A stretch of 64,000 nucleotides of DNA, from assembly GCA_032718475.1 (NCBI GenBank), contig JAUCBJ010008204.1:1-64000 (forward strand), written 5' to 3'. The position numbers and the translations under genes were made by a program. Source of the DNA: Nemertoderma westbladi. Its lineage: Eukaryota > Animalia > Xenacoelomorpha. Positions within the stretch are counted from its first letter, which is position 1. Each line of letters opens with the position of its first letter. Shown piece by piece: positions 36,428 through 49,944 of this stretch. The notes beneath the pieces are model-generated. The model ran no database searches, was not told the origin of the DNA, and saw only the letters and a program-made list of their open reading frames with translations.

Positions 36428-38986
36428 TTAAAGCTAATTAATTCCCATTAATTGTAGCTACTAATTCTCTTTGTTTTTTTCCGCCTTGCTATTCGCCGTT
36501 GCTCAATGAATATAATTAATTAATTAATATTGTTTCACTACCAAACATTTAATTTGGCCTACATATTTACCAACTACATTCCTTTCGCACCAACGAGCTG
36601 CGTTTTATGCCTTATTTTTTACTGTTGTAAATTTCATTTTCGCTTTCGTTAAATTTTATTTTCAATTATTTCTATAGTAAATATTTTCAATTGACATTTA
36701 AATGTTACATTAGTTTTTGTTGTCGCTAAAATATTGAGACGGAAACAAATACCTGTATAATTCTAGCTCAGGCCTACATGGCAATGGAAATACAATGATG
36801 GATTATGTATAATCTTCTCTATATTCTGTATACTATTATTTATATGCTAAATTATTTTAATAATTTTCAAATTTAATTAAAAAAACAAACGTCAAACTTA
36901 CATACTTTGGAACGGAAGACAAACTAACTACAAGCGGTTATAGTTGTTTGTGGTTGTGGTTATTTTTGTATATATAGTTTATAACTTGTTTTTTGTGCTC
37001 CAAATCAGGTCCATGGTATATTTTTAATCGTAATCTTTAAATTGTAACTACAACATTGGCATTCCCCTGAACTACAGGGTTAATTTAATTAATTATTTTC
37101 ACACATTTGCTCTATTTTTTCCTAATCTAACACAACACGGTTTGGTTGTAACCCTGGCCGACCTGTTTACTATGAAGTAGCTTTATTCTGAATCATCCTG
37201 TTTTACAATGTGTTACCGTACTGCTGTCGTTTACCGTTTTTTATGCAATTTAATGATTATTTATAATATTGTAACTTGCTAGGTCCTATCACGGTGCAAA
37301 AGTTGAAATGAAAAATAATTTATGAACAGCGACTGACTATAATGATATAAATTATATTGCGTGTGTGGAGGGATAAAATCTATTTTTTTTAAACCGCGGA
37401 GTGGAAGAATCGTAGTTGATTTCGGTATATCGTTGCTTTATTGGCTCCAAGAATGTTTATGTCGCAGGTAGAATTTCATCGAATTTTATAATTCCAGGGG
37501 ATTTTAGATTCGAAGCTAATTTACTTACTAGGTGTGGATTCGTAAGAATGTTCAATCAACTTTAAGTTATTTAGTGGCACTTGCAATTTGCCCGCAAGTG
37601 AAAATGTGATCTCAAGCACACATTGACCGCAAATGAAATAAAGTTGTGTTTATTGTCCTGCTCCTTTTCCAAGGGTTTAGATTAAATTAATTTTTAAACT
37701 CCAGTAAACAAGTTTACAGTTGTGGGTTCTAATGTAAACCCTTATTGGTAGACGGGGTTTGCGTGTGTTCTTGTTTTTGTTGGCCGTGTTGGTGGATGTC
37801 TCTCTCTCTCCCTCCGACCTGCCGTCGCTAAACAAACAGTTATGGGTGGGAGAGTATTGACTTTCGTTGTGTTTACAGCATCAATTGGCTATGGGAGAGC
37901 CTCTTCTCACACATCTCCCCCCTGTGTGGGACCCATTTATTCTATGTAACATAAAAGTATGTTATAGTTATTTACATACTTGTGTGTAAAGTAGCGTAAA
38001 AAGCGGCGTAAAGTAGCGTGTAAAGTAGTGTGATGATCCGAGTGGCTTTGTTACACGAACGAACGTTAGTGAGTGAGTGAAAATAAAGCCACGAGGATCA
38101 GAACACTGTGCTGTATAAATAAATGTAAAAATGACATAAATTATGTTATAAAAAAGTTAGCTTATATTTATGGTGGCGTTTAGAGACATGTTAACAGTTT
38201 ATAGCGTCTGGTTATTAATAGCTACCGGTAGGTAATGCAGTAGGTGTAGGCCTATCTGGAAGTCAGGCAATTAATTATAAATGCCACCTATTGTTTACGT
38301 GGTAACCAATGACGCCGTAACTTTACAGTCGCCGTCATTGGTTACCACACAAACAAGGGCATTACAACACCCAATACAATACTAAATGCACAGGCCAATA
38401 CAATGCAGCAATGTCCTCTAAAGTTGTAAAGTGCTAAATAACAACTCGCTGTTAATACTAACGGCGTTGAGTAATGTTACAATTTTGGAATAAAGTAGTA
38501 TAATAATTCAAAATATAGCATTGAAGCACCTTCCCTTCAGTTCTCAGCCATTCTACCAATGATTCTATTTTCTATTGCTGTTTTGAGGATGCAGTGAGTT
38601 TCTATCTATAATAGATACTCACTATTTATCTATTGTTAGTAAGTAGGTGCAGTGAGTAGGTGCATTGGCGAACATTACAGACGCAAATTTCTAATTCAAA
38701 TTTCAAAATTTTGTACAAAGTTTCCTTTACTTTGCTTTGGAATGAGCCAATAACTAACTATGTTCAACGTTATGTCTGAGTAAATTTGTTTGGGTTTGGA
38801 GCTCGCTAGCGCATCTCCATTCATTGCGCTGTGCGTAAACGCGACGAGACACCTGCGCTAACTGGTAAAGGGGGTTCAATTCCAAATTGTAACAATTTGG
38901 AATTAGCCCCTGTCATACTTCAAAACTCGAGGTGATGTAGAGCTGATTCAAGCCCTTCAATGAAACTGATTGTATCCATCTGTATT

Positions 38987-39049
38987 GGATCGAACTGGTG
39001 ACCTCCAGGTTCTAAGTCTGACGCTCTAACTAACCATTCCGCCTGCGGC
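38987..39049 (-). mobile_element. tRNA-derived SINE head, second copy
   Basis: Minus strand reads gaatggttag...agagcgtcagactt..aacctg.aggtcaccagttcgatcc, matching 35503-35570. Confidence 0.7.
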
Positions 39050-39431
39050 AAAGGTGAAACATAGACCTGGAAACGTAGACATGTCCGCAATTTACGCCAT
39101 GGTCTCACATCAGAGCTGTCAATACCATGATCTGAAAAAACTATTGTGCTCAATATCCTCCTGAACTTGTCCGTCTTTATCAACTCACTACAATGAAATG
39201 TTATTGTACTAACTATCACGGTCTTTTTCTAATGAAAATTATGAATGAAAAATTTATGAAAATAATTATCAGACCTGGAGCAACTGTCTGAATGTCAGTA
39301 GTGAACCTATCTCTCAGTGGAACGGTAGGTATGTGATAACATCCGGTTATTAGAGTTTAATACCATCTGACAAGATCTGAGCCCTGAGCCAACTTGAGTC
39401 AGCAAAGGGCATTGTAAAATAAGCGAACATC

Positions 39432-40400
39432 ATGGTTGATGTAGAGGTAAAGGCCGATAATCATTCATCGGGCGATGAGGAGACCTCATCGAAGGGTAAA
39501 CAACAGGTTGAAGAGAAAAAAATCGTGGCCACTCAAGTTAGCGGCGTTGTAAAGTGGTTTAACGTTAAGGCCGGGTATGGGTTTATAAATCGTGATGATA
39601 CGAAGGAGGATATATTTGTTCATCAAACCGCCATCATTAAGAACAACCCATCTAAGTTCTTACGAAGCGTAGGCGAAGGCGAGGCCTTAGAATTCGATGT
39701 CATCGAAGGTTTGAAAGGCCACGAAGCAGCGAATGTTACTGGTCCGGATGGCGGACCAGTACAAGGCAGCAAATTCGCGTCAGAGAGGCCGAGGTACCGA
39801 GGCTATCGTAGGCAGTACTACCGAGATCGTCGCCAATCTCCTTCGGGAGACGGGGATCGTCGAAGGGATTACGACGAAGACGACGAGGATGCCGAAGGGG
39901 AGCGACAACCGGCGCAACGGTACCGAGGACGGGGTCGGCGTTCGGGACGAGGTGGGTACAGTAGACGACGAGCTGGCGGGGGGAAGGAGCAGGGGGATGC
40001 ATACGAGGGGAGTGGAGGGGAGGAGAATGAGGTGGACGTGGATGATGATAGAAGGGGAGGTCGGGGTCGGTGGGTTGGAGGAGGGGGGCGGGGTAGACGG
40101 GGGAGGGGGCGCGGTCGTGGCGGTTACTATGGGGGTTACGGGGGCGGTTGGTATGGCGGCTACGACTACGGGTACAGACCGCCGCCGCCACCACGGAGGT
40201 ACGGCTACTACCGGGGGGACAGTTACTACGAGGAGGACGGGTATCGGGGCGGGCCGCCGCCGAGGGGCGGCTACCGGGGTTACCAGGGGGACGCGTCGTA
40301 CCGGAGGCGGCGTCGTGGCCCCCCCGGGGGGCGGCGGGGGGAACCGCGGAACAACGAGGGCGAAGAGCCCCAGGGCGAGGAGGTGAATGCCGAGAATTAA
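39432..40400 (+). CDS. YBX: Y-box binding protein (cold-shock domain + RGG/acidic tail), intronless
   Basis: [53 protein letters not shown]. Confidence 0.96.
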   Translation: MVDVEVKADNHSSGDEETSSKGKQQVEEKKIVATQVSGVVKWFNVKAGYGFINRDDTKEDIFVHQTAIIKNNPSKFLRSVGEGEALEFDVIEGLKGHEAANVTGPDGGPVQGSKFASERPRYRGYRRQYYRDRRQSPSGDGDRRRDYDEDDEDAEGERQPAQRYRGRGRRSGRGGYSRRRAGGGKEQGDAYEGSGGEENEVDVDDDRRGGRGRWVGGGGRGRRGRGRGRGGYYGGYGGGWYGGYDYGYRPPPPPRRYGYYRGDSYYEEDGYRGGPPPRGGYRGYQGDASYRRRRRGPPGGRRGEPRNNEGEEPQGEEVNAEN

Positions 40401-41141
40401 GAAGAATAAATGGTTTTTGGATCTTATAATATCTTTAGAAGAACTCATTGTAGGTGGTTGATAATAATTTTATTCTACCAACTTGGCATTATTATTATAT
40501 AAAAATATATAATTAATCCCTCAAATTTACCAAGAACTATTACTAACTAGGTTTATTTTATTATTATATTGTGTTATTCTCTTAGAAAGTTTGTTACCAT
40601 TACCAGTTTGATGCTAAGCTTACATTATAGGTGTTTGTTTATGTGTTTTAATTGTGCTACAGTAGAATACCCATCCAATTATTATTACCGTATGTGGCCC
40701 GAATAATATTTTCCCGGTAGTCCTACATAAGATTCCGAATGTACAACCAGATATCTTGTGGTGTAGGAACATGTGATGTGTTACGAGATTTTAAATGTTA
40801 TATTTAATCGGTTTATAAAAATTATTATAAAAGCCTTTGAATAACATCGTTTGAACAACATAATATTTGTTTAGTTTATTTGAGGGGGAGGAGAGTTTGA
40901 AAAAGTTGTGGTTTTAAAGGCTGAATTTTTTCATTGGCAATAATTTAATGACCCTGCACAAACACTAAAGAGCTATCCCACGAAAAAAGAGGACTTAGAA
41001 CTCAAAAGTAAAACTTCTTGCTAATATTAATTTCTATATCATTTTTTTGTCAATTTTATCCTATATTTCAAATCTACTTTTAAAAAATCGAGTGCGGAAT
41101 AAATTATCACTTTGAAAAATGATGATTTTGTTCATTAGCAA

Positions 41142-41265
41142 GTCGTGCCCTGATCTCCTTCAGGAACTCGGATGTTTCAGGGCCGGGGCGGCCCAAGGTC
41201 TCGTAGGCTACCGGATTGAAGAGGTAGCCCCGGTCCATGAGTTCCTGGTACTTGCGGATCTTTAC
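41142..41265 (-). mobile_element. Small fragment of a restriction-like-endonuclease non-LTR retrotransposon
   Basis: Minus strand translates KIRKYQELMDRGYLFNPVAYETLGRPGPETSEFLKEI, fitting the K..KY...F.P.A.ET.G pattern of RLE-type LINEs; GC-rich island in AT-rich DNA. Confidence 0.65.
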
Positions 41266-44169
41266 AGTTTCCGCTTCCAAAAATTACCACTACCAAAAAT
41301 TAACGCCACACTTTAAAAAAAAATCGTAAAAAGGTGAGCGTCTAACTTCACTAATACCAGCTACATTTTTTGCTACCGCGGTAAACAATTATTAATTAGG
41401 ACTAACGACATTAATAACGATATATAAATATTGGGTGTAATAGAGATTAATTGTAGATTATTATAGAAAAATAGAACCATTAATAGCACATGGAAGCACG
41501 TAAAAAACAATTATATTCGTAAAAATTAGTATTGTGCTTCATAACCTCATTATAATTAACACAAAACGGTAAATTATTGTTTATATACAGTATGTACATG
41601 TACAATACACAGTACATAATGTATATAGGCCTACCTATATTGAGTTTTATGGTATATATATTATCAAAGCAAAAATATATACTATATATACTATATAATA
41701 CATTTATATATAATATTTATTATTCATTATTGCGGAAGATATATTTCTTGAATATATAAGAAACCGCCGTGGGATAAGGGATCCGGTTTAGTGTATATAT
41801 ATGTTTGTAAGCATAATATAATAAATAAATTAAATATTATTTTAAATAAACCTAGATCGACCTTAGAAAAGAATTCATATATCACTTTATCACTAGCCTT
41901 CGATATCATATGTATATCTTTTTCGTTGAAAACCAACTCTTTATAAATTAAATAAATTTAAAACCTAATTTAAAATTTAATTTAAAATATAAAATAAATT
42001 AAATATTTTATTAGTATATACAGTAGTATATATATTTAGTTACACCCATCCGAGAAAAAAATTATATCATCTCAATGAAAAAGGATCAATTAAGGGAAAT
42101 CAACTGATTACAGTGGCAATTTATTCTAACCAATACAATAAACTAAAGTCATTAGAACAGGTTACAGTTAAAAAATAATCAGAAAAAGTAATCAGTTGTT
42201 ATTCGCATCGATTTGTCCCTGGAGATGGAAACTAATTTTGTCGAAAGCCGCGGTGCAGATTCACATATGATGAGAATTATTAATGTTTTAGGTTAATTTA
42301 ACCGCATGAACAGTATAATTTAACACTATACTAATAAACCGTATTTTATTTTATCTGCCAATGAATCCAAGTAGGTACAGCTACAGCAGTCTTGTACTAT
42401 CTAACTAAATATTTATACAGTATATGTATAGTATATTTTACAATAATAATGACACAAATTGTATCAGCGACGGGAAAAAGAAACAAATTTTCGTCGGTGG
42501 GGATGATAGAGATTAAAATATAATTTTAGCTCTTGGCTCAAAGTCAGACATGATTACAATATAATTTGTTTGAAACAATTTGATAATAAAATTGCTTGAC
42601 ACAATAATTAACACTAAAAATATTATTAGTTGGCCACCCTGGAGTGACTTCAATGCATGGATGATACTGATACATCAGCTGGCAAAGGCGAGCTCATCCA
42701 GGCTTTGGATTTATTAGGACCATTAAAAAAAGGCTTATTGCATCCTGATTGATTTACAATCAATTAGGCCCTAAACAATAGGTATTAAACAACATTGATT
42801 AATCAATTAACTGTCTGTAGCTGATACCTGATACAATAGTTATTGTCAAACCTCCCTCTACTGAAGAAAGGAATTTAACACATTGTACTCCTGTATCTCC
42901 CCTCCCCCCCCCCCCCCCCCCTTCACTACAAAACCAATTCATTATTACTTTGCTCGTACGATCACCGCGAAATATAACTACTGTAGAACAATGACATCAT
43001 AAATTCACGAAATAATTACTTTATACTTGATTACAATGTTGATTTTTAAAACTGAAAACAATTACTGTATCTCTTCGAATAAGAACTTTGGCGTTTAAGT
43101 TTATAAATTGCCAATTTGGGAGGCGTTTTTTCGGAGAAGGCGTGTAAGTTGCTGATTGGAGGTTCAGGGGTGCATTTATTCGAGGGGGGGGGGGGGGGGG
43201 GGGGGTTGTTATTATTCGAAGAAATACGGTAATTTAATTTGATACGATTTACGACTTTAAGTAATATAGTAATGTAATGTAGGTCTGTAGTCATGATCTT
43301 ATGTTGGGACTGCCTGGGGCGCAAAATCCAATCGGTCCCTGAATATAATGACATAATATAATAAATAAACATAATAAAATGTCCATATTTATCTGATTCG
43401 AAAACGCTATTGCGCAGCGTTAGTAGAGGACAGACCGCAGAATTACACTCTCAACGACCATGTGTGTGTGGAAAGCAAACATTGAATGGGGTTAATTACG
43501 TTTAGATCAATTTAACACTGATTAGGAGAGAAGGGCGGGGCATCTTAACTCAATCACTCACTTGACCTAATAAAAACTACAGTATAATAGGACGGGGTAT
43601 GGGGATTCTAGCTGTATAATTTTTAGGTACCGGTATACCAATTAATTTACTCTTAGTGGAAAATATTTAATTTCCATGAAAGGACACGTATTTTAGGTCA
43701 ATTTAATTAACATAATGAACTATTAACTGTCATTAACTGATATTATCTTAGCTTCTCGAAGCCCACACGTAAATTCTACTTGGAAAATTTATAAACTTTT
43801 GCCAAACAAACATGTGTACCGAGTTTAGTTAGATTTTATCGAGGTTATTGTCGTGGCTCGCCCCACAGTTGCGGGCCTGCAGCAGTTTAGGTGCTCCATT
43901 GCAGCATTGGCAATTGACAGATTAAGCCTAGCCTTTAGTATTCCGCATTACAGCTCTGATTAGCAGCAACTAGCAGACAGACTGCAGGACTGAATGAATA
44001 CTGCCAGACTGCACTACCGGTAGCGTAGCATATTGCATTGCTGTATTGTGGTATTGTTGGCGTTTGTCGTGTGTTGTTTTGCCGTACCGGTACACAGGTG
44101 ACAGGGGCTGAAAACTAACTGACTAGCCCTAGCTGCTTAGCATACACCATAACGTCTGAACGTGTAGCT

Positions 44170-44808
44170 ATGCCTCCTAAGGACAAAGATCCAAAGGCGA
44201 AAGCCGCCAAACCTGCCGCCGCTGCGAAAGGGAAGAAAACCGATAAAGCGGAGAAGCCAGCGGCTGCCGCGGCCGAGCCGAAGAAACCGGTGACAAAGGG
44301 AAAGGCCGCGCCCGTGGAGAAAAAATCAGCGCCCTCGCGGAAAGGCGAAGGAAAAGACGCGAAAAATATCTCGAAACAAAAATCCAAAATCGATGCTGCA
44401 GTGAAATCGAAGAAGGCCGTGCAAAAGGGAGTTTTCCAGAAGAGCAAGCGGAAAGTGCGTACGTCAGTCCACTTCCGTCGTCCCAAAACGTTGAAACAGA
44501 AACGGAACCCCAAGTACCCTCGTAGGAGTGTACCGTGGCGGAACCGGATGGACCAGTTCTCAATCATCCAAAGGCCTCTCAGTACCGAGAGCGCCATGAA
44601 GAAGATTGAGGACAACAACACCATCGTATTTATCGTCGACATAAAGGCGAATAAACAGCAGATTAAAATGGCGGTTAAGAAACTTTACGAGATTCAGGCG
44701 AGTAAAGTGAACACGTTGATAAAACCGGATGGAACGAAGAAGGCCTATGTTCGGTTGGCTTCGGATTACGACGCACTTGATGTAGCCAATAAGATTGGGA
44801 TCATATAA
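44170..44808 (+). CDS. RPL23A: 60S ribosomal protein L23a (uL23) with Lys/Ala-rich N-terminal extension, intronless
   Basis: [12 protein letters not shown]...[52 protein letters not shown]. Confidence 0.97.
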   Translation: MPPKDKDPKAKAAKPAAAAKGKKTDKAEKPAAAAAEPKKPVTKGKAAPVEKKSAPSRKGEGKDAKNISKQKSKIDAAVKSKKAVQKGVFQKSKRKVRTSVHFRRPKTLKQKRNPKYPRRSVPWRNRMDQFSIIQRPLSTESAMKKIEDNNTIVFIVDIKANKQQIKMAVKKLYEIQASKVNTLIKPDGTKKAYVRLASDYDALDVANKIGII

Positions 44809-45549
44809 ACTGGTCGTGTCTTATGTACCGATCATATAAACTGGTCCTTTAAGTTTTCGGCTGTTAACTTCGTCATTTAGCCTACTGGTTGAGTTGTGTG
44901 TAGGTTTGGAAATTTATTTGATTATTAAATGGCCTTTCAGTTCCCGGATTAAGGAATACTTTTTGATTTTCACAGTAATTTTTTCATTCCATGTCAACAA
45001 TGATCTGCACGGGATATTTTTATATATAAATAGAATGGCGTTGAGTTGAGGAAATATTCGATGGGTTTGTCCAACCAACCCAGCCAACCATTATTTTCTT
45101 TTTAAACATCAAACCAGCAGATGCTGCAGTTTTCGATTTCCCATAAATTTGTTCATTTCAATCATTTTATTTAGTTTACTTCACGTAGTATTTAACGCAG
45201 TATTTAACGCAGGCTTGAGATAAAACATTGTATTTTGTATTATTAGAAAAAATAAAGTACACTCTTTCTTTATTTTATAAGAACAGAGTTTATAGGAGGA
45301 ACACGAGGCTCAAAAACACACACCATTATAACGAAAAGCAAAAAGGTTATATTACAGTTAGATGTATATAATTAGAATTAGTAATTTATAGTTCAATTCC
45401 AATAATAAAAAATTGCAATTAATAGTTGAGTGTAATATTATTACGCCTAGTAGAAATTAATTTTTAGTGTAAGATTAGTTCTAATAGTTCTTTAGTTTCC
45501 AGCTTAGAGGGTTTTATGGACTAATTTAATTTTAGAAGAGTAAGTTTTA

Positions 45550-47143
45550 CAGGGTGTCCCAATAAATTTGTTCGGATTTTAAAGTTTAATAACTCGTCAC
45601 AATGAATATCAATCGAAGACTTCATGGTATCATATGAAAGCCCATTAATAGGTGAACTTAGAGTTTGGGAATTGTTTCTGATGTGGTAGTTGCTCTTGCT
45701 ACTAATCAGATAAGTTTACATTAAAACTGTATCTTGAGTGTTAAGATGTGAAATTTGTTCGCGGAAATCCATAAATAATAACTTGTTTCCCTGTGAATAA
45801 ACGACTATTCAAGAATGCCATCTGTAGTTACTAGAGTAGACAAAATTTATGCAATGTTTACAGACGAACAAAAAGTTTTCATTGTTAAAACCTACTACCG
45901 AAAGCACTCTTCCAAGCTTACACAGTTAGAATTTTCTTACCAGTTCGTAGGTGTTCGGCGTCCTACGAGATCAGACATATCGCGTCTTGTAAGAAAATTT
46001 GAGAGTGAAAAAACTTTGTTACGCAAATCAGGCTCTCAAAGGCCTTCGATTAGCCAAGAGAAAGTTTCTGCTATAAAACTCACTTCATAACATATCCAGA
46101 AACCTCTTTGCGCCGTGTGTCCTTAGCTGTAGGGGTAAGCAGAAGCTCCACTCAAAGGATTGGCAAAAACCTGAAATTTCGACCATATAAAGTTCAGATG
46201 TTGCACGGGCTCAAACCCAGCGACCATTCCAGCAGAGTGAACGCTTCTGACGCTATTCTGCATTATTTAGAAATAAAGATCCGGCCCACATTTACTTTAG
46301 CGATGAGGCAACATTTCACCTGAGTGGCGCTGTCAATCGGTGGAACTGCAGAATTTGGGGTACTGAAAACCCCCATAAAGTGGCAGAGCACCTCCGTGAC
46401 TCACCAAAGTTAACGGTACGGTGTGCCATGTCTTATAAACAGGTTATTATTGGACTATACATTTTCTACGGTTCGTCTGTCAACGCTAAGAAATATCTGG
46501 CAATGCTGCAAGAGTTTCTAATTCCAAGACTGAATCCTAACACCGACAAATGGTGTTTCAGCAGGACGGTGCACCGCCACATTTGGCCCTTAACGTTCGT
46601 TCCTATTTGGACAATACCTTTCCTGGCAGGTGGTTGGCAGAGACGGTCCTATACGATGGCCAGCTCCCGATTTGACTCCCTGTGATGACTATTTATGGGG
46701 CCATGTCAAGAATCTTGTGTACAATGAAACGGTGACGACACTAGAAGAACTGAGGACGCGCATTAATTCCGCACTGGAATCAATTCCGCATCATCATTTA
46801 CAAAACTGTTTCCAAGAAACGCTCAAGTGGCTTATAAGGGGAAAAAAAGAGGTGGAGGCCACATTGAAATTTACAAACCATAAAGTATACTAACAGTCCG
46901 ATTAATTTAACTTCATCACTAAGCTAAGTATAAACTATTTAAACATTCTAATTGAATAAAAAAAATTGGGACTTAATTATAAGGATAATTATTATTTACC
47001 ATAGCAACAAAATCACCGAGAATGTATTCCAAACTCTAAGTTCACCTATTGGCTTTCATATGATACCAAGAAGTCTGCGATTGATGCTCATTGTAACGAG
47101 TTATTAAACTTTAAAACCGGATCAAATTTATTGGCACACCGTG
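45550..47143 (+). mobile_element. Tc1/mariner-superfamily DNA transposon with decayed transposase (~45853-46893)
   Basis: TA flanks; imperfect TIRs of >100 bp starting cagggtgtcccaataaatttg; FSDEATF...NCRIWG, FQQDGAPPH and PDLTPCD..LWG.VK split by stops and frameshifts. Confidence 0.92.
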
Positions 47144-47574
47144 TATTTTAAGCAAATTTACAGATATTTTAACATGAGGCTCGTTAAATGATGACTAGCC
47201 ACACCGAATCGAGTTCTTACCAATCCTGGCTGTCGCGACCTTGTTATACCCATTAGCATCTTATTTCGTGATTTTAATGACTATTGAAGACAGGTCTGCA
47301 AAGGGCCAAATATATAGAAGTATCCCTTTTACATGACACAAATAAAAAAAACTGACACCAACTTAGAAGGACGGGTTGTCCTAACAACTTCTTAAAACAG
47401 TTGTTGAGTTAGTTCTGCTAAGTATTGGTTCATCGGATTTCGTTCAAAGCTATTCTTTTGATATAAGACGACTCAAATAAGAAAATAAAATGAAATAACT
47501 AAAATGTTAGTTAAATAAATTGGAGTTGAGCTGTTAGCAATTCAAATTAGCTCTTACTAAATATTATTATTACG

Positions 47575-48597
47575 TTATAAACCATAAAACAAAGAAAATA
47601 CATCAATATCGTCAAGCTTTATTGTACAGAGTTGGGATGGTTTAATGGAAGGCAGTTTACTTTCATTATCTTTAAACAATTTACTATTCATAACAGCTTT
47701 CTCATTGTCAGTAACAATGCTGAATCTTTCGCAAAATCTTCGAAGTTCTTCGTTAGTGTCAATAACTAACCATCGTTTTAGGCAGCTAAAATCCAATTTA
47801 GTCAAAGAAAAGGCTTTACATATTGTTCGAATAGATTTATCGCGATGTGGGTTGAGTGACGTCAGCAAGGCACAACTTGGGACAACATCTAGGTGATTGG
47901 TCCAAAAATCGGCGAATCGAATCCAATTACCCAATCGGTAGCATTGCGCGACACGAACAGCTAATCGGACCTCAGTGGAGTAACGAATGGATTTGGGTAG
48001 CTGATAATACCGCGTCTCCCAATGCGAACCCACCAGCAATAATAAGATATAAAGACTTTCAAAAGTAGGTCGGTTGGGAGATACAAAACCGCTGCTGTAC
48101 ATTCGGAAAAGTATAGAAAACGTTTCAGTTAGAGATGTTAATAACAATTGGGGGTCGGCGTGTTTAATAGGTTCTTCGTAGTTATAAAACAGCGATAGTA
48201 AATAGAATGTTATCGACTTTTCTAGAATGCTGACACAGTTTCGGCTTTCCAGTTGCTGTAAGTGAATATCCTGTCGGATGGATTTGAGTCTGTCGTCGAC
48301 GAAATCAAAGACGACGTGCCAAGGTTGGTCGGAACGTCCTAATGCTAAGTCGAACAGTAGATAGTTAGTGGTCGACTGCAATGCCTCCTCTGTTCGGAGT
48401 TCCTCGGCCAGGGACAGCTGTCTACCAGCGGCGCTCCTGCGGTATTCCTTGACAACACGCACCGGGTCGGCTGTGGGTCGCCGATGTCCCAACGTGGCGG
48501 GTGTGACCTCCAACGGGTGGAGTCTCAACTTACTTTCTCTCGCGTGTAGTTCGTTGGTAGGACACATGAGTCGGCAGGTTCCCCGTATGTTAGCCAT
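47575..48597 (-). CDS. SAC3D1: SAC3 domain-containing protein (SAC3D1-like), intronless
   Basis: GTC..MCP..E...RE....LH.LE, VKEYRRSAAG, F..DRLKSIRQD..Q. Confidence 0.85.
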   Translation of the reverse strand: MANIRGTCRLMCPTNELHARESKLRLHPLEVTPATLGHRRPTADPVRVVKEYRRSAAGRQLSLAEELRTEEALQSTTNYLLFDLALGRSDQPWHVVFDFVDDRLKSIRQDIHLQQLESRNCVSILEKSITFYLLSLFYNYEEPIKHADPQLLLTSLTETFSILFRMYSSGFVSPNRPTFESLYILLLLVGSHWETRYYQLPKSIRYSTEVRLAVRVAQCYRLGNWIRFADFWTNHLDVVPSCALLTSLNPHRDKSIRTICKAFSLTKLDFSCLKRWLVIDTNEELRRFCERFSIVTDNEKAVMNSKLFKDNESKLPSIKPSQLCTIKLDDIDVFSLFYGL

Positions 48598-49944
48598 TTT
48601 AAGTGAAACAAAGTTAGGCGTTATAATAAAACATGTAATTACAGTTAGAAAACTAATTCAATTGGTATATTTGAACTAAGTCGCGTAATTATTTGAGGGC
48701 TGATTCAGGGTGAATTTAATTTTGAGTTTCTGGACACATTGCTGGGGAATCTTACTAGTAAAAAATATAGAGATTACATACCAATTGAAGTAAATCGAAT
48801 TATTTATTTTTCGATGTTTCATGTAATATGTTGTGTGACGTGCAATTACTGCTGTCCAAATTCTACACATTTCGTTTTGACAAGCATGCCTGTTACAGTA
48901 TTACATTATGATTTAAATTCAAGCATGTGTAATGTGTATCATTGTTTTTTAGATGTCTACATGTATTTCTGTGGTCTGTAGATGAGTAAATGGTAGTACA
49001 ATAGGTCGAAATATTAATAATGTATGAAAAAATATTGTGTGACAAACAACATGCATTGCTTGACCTATCTTTCTACAACATTGAGCTGTGAAATCAATAA
49101 AATTCGTTTTAGTTTAATTTAGCGCAAAATATTTGATGTAGAGGTCACGCATGGTACTGTAAGGAGCGATTGCCTCCTGCCAATGTGTACACGTTCTCTG
49201 AACTGAACCCAGAGTTATACGGCCATATTTAGGCGAATACGGCAGGGGTTACGTATTAATTATTTTATAATATTGGCGGATATTAGTAACTATTAGTAAT
49301 AATCACATCAATTGAATATCTTAAGTAACTTAATGGATCTCCAACTATCTACAGTATTTATTCGCTATACATTTTATACGTATTGTCGTCGTGAAATAAA
49401 ATAAACTTAAACTTAAACAACACACGACATATTTATTGATGATTCATATTTTATTTTTTATATCATTGGATTTACAGCAACTACAACTACGCGACTCAGT
49501 TCAAATATACCAATTTAATTTCTACGCTATGGTAATACAGTAAAAGTGTATTACATGTTTCATATTTAAAAGTAATATGTATGTCCATTCCAGCTGCCAC
49601 ATACTAATAATAATAATAAATACCGGTAAGTTAATAAATAACTAATAAATAAGTTGGTTATAAATTGGTCAGAAAATAAATATATTTTAAAATTGGAATT
49701 CAATAAAATAGATAATATTCCAGAAGAATCAGCATAAAATAACCCGAAGTCAATAAAGTCCGGAAGAAAATAACCTGAAGTCAATAATAAAGTCCGGAAG
49801 AAAATAACCTGGCCAAATACGAGTTGCGGCATAATTTTAAAAATTAAGTTACGTTGCTATTTTAACAATCAATATATTTTAGCACAAATATTATTGAACA
49901 AATCTAGCTATTTGTATCTATTTCGAAATTGAATTCCATTTCCA

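Noticed and set aside
39733-40448. Overlapping alternative-frame and antisense ORFs over YBX (similarly over pol, gag and UBA6)
   Set aside because: Expected shadows of GC-rich coding sequence, with no motifs
44170-44370. Lys/Ala-rich extension of RPL23A as a novelty
   Set aside because: Histone H1-like N-terminal extensions on L23a are known in invertebrates such as Drosophila
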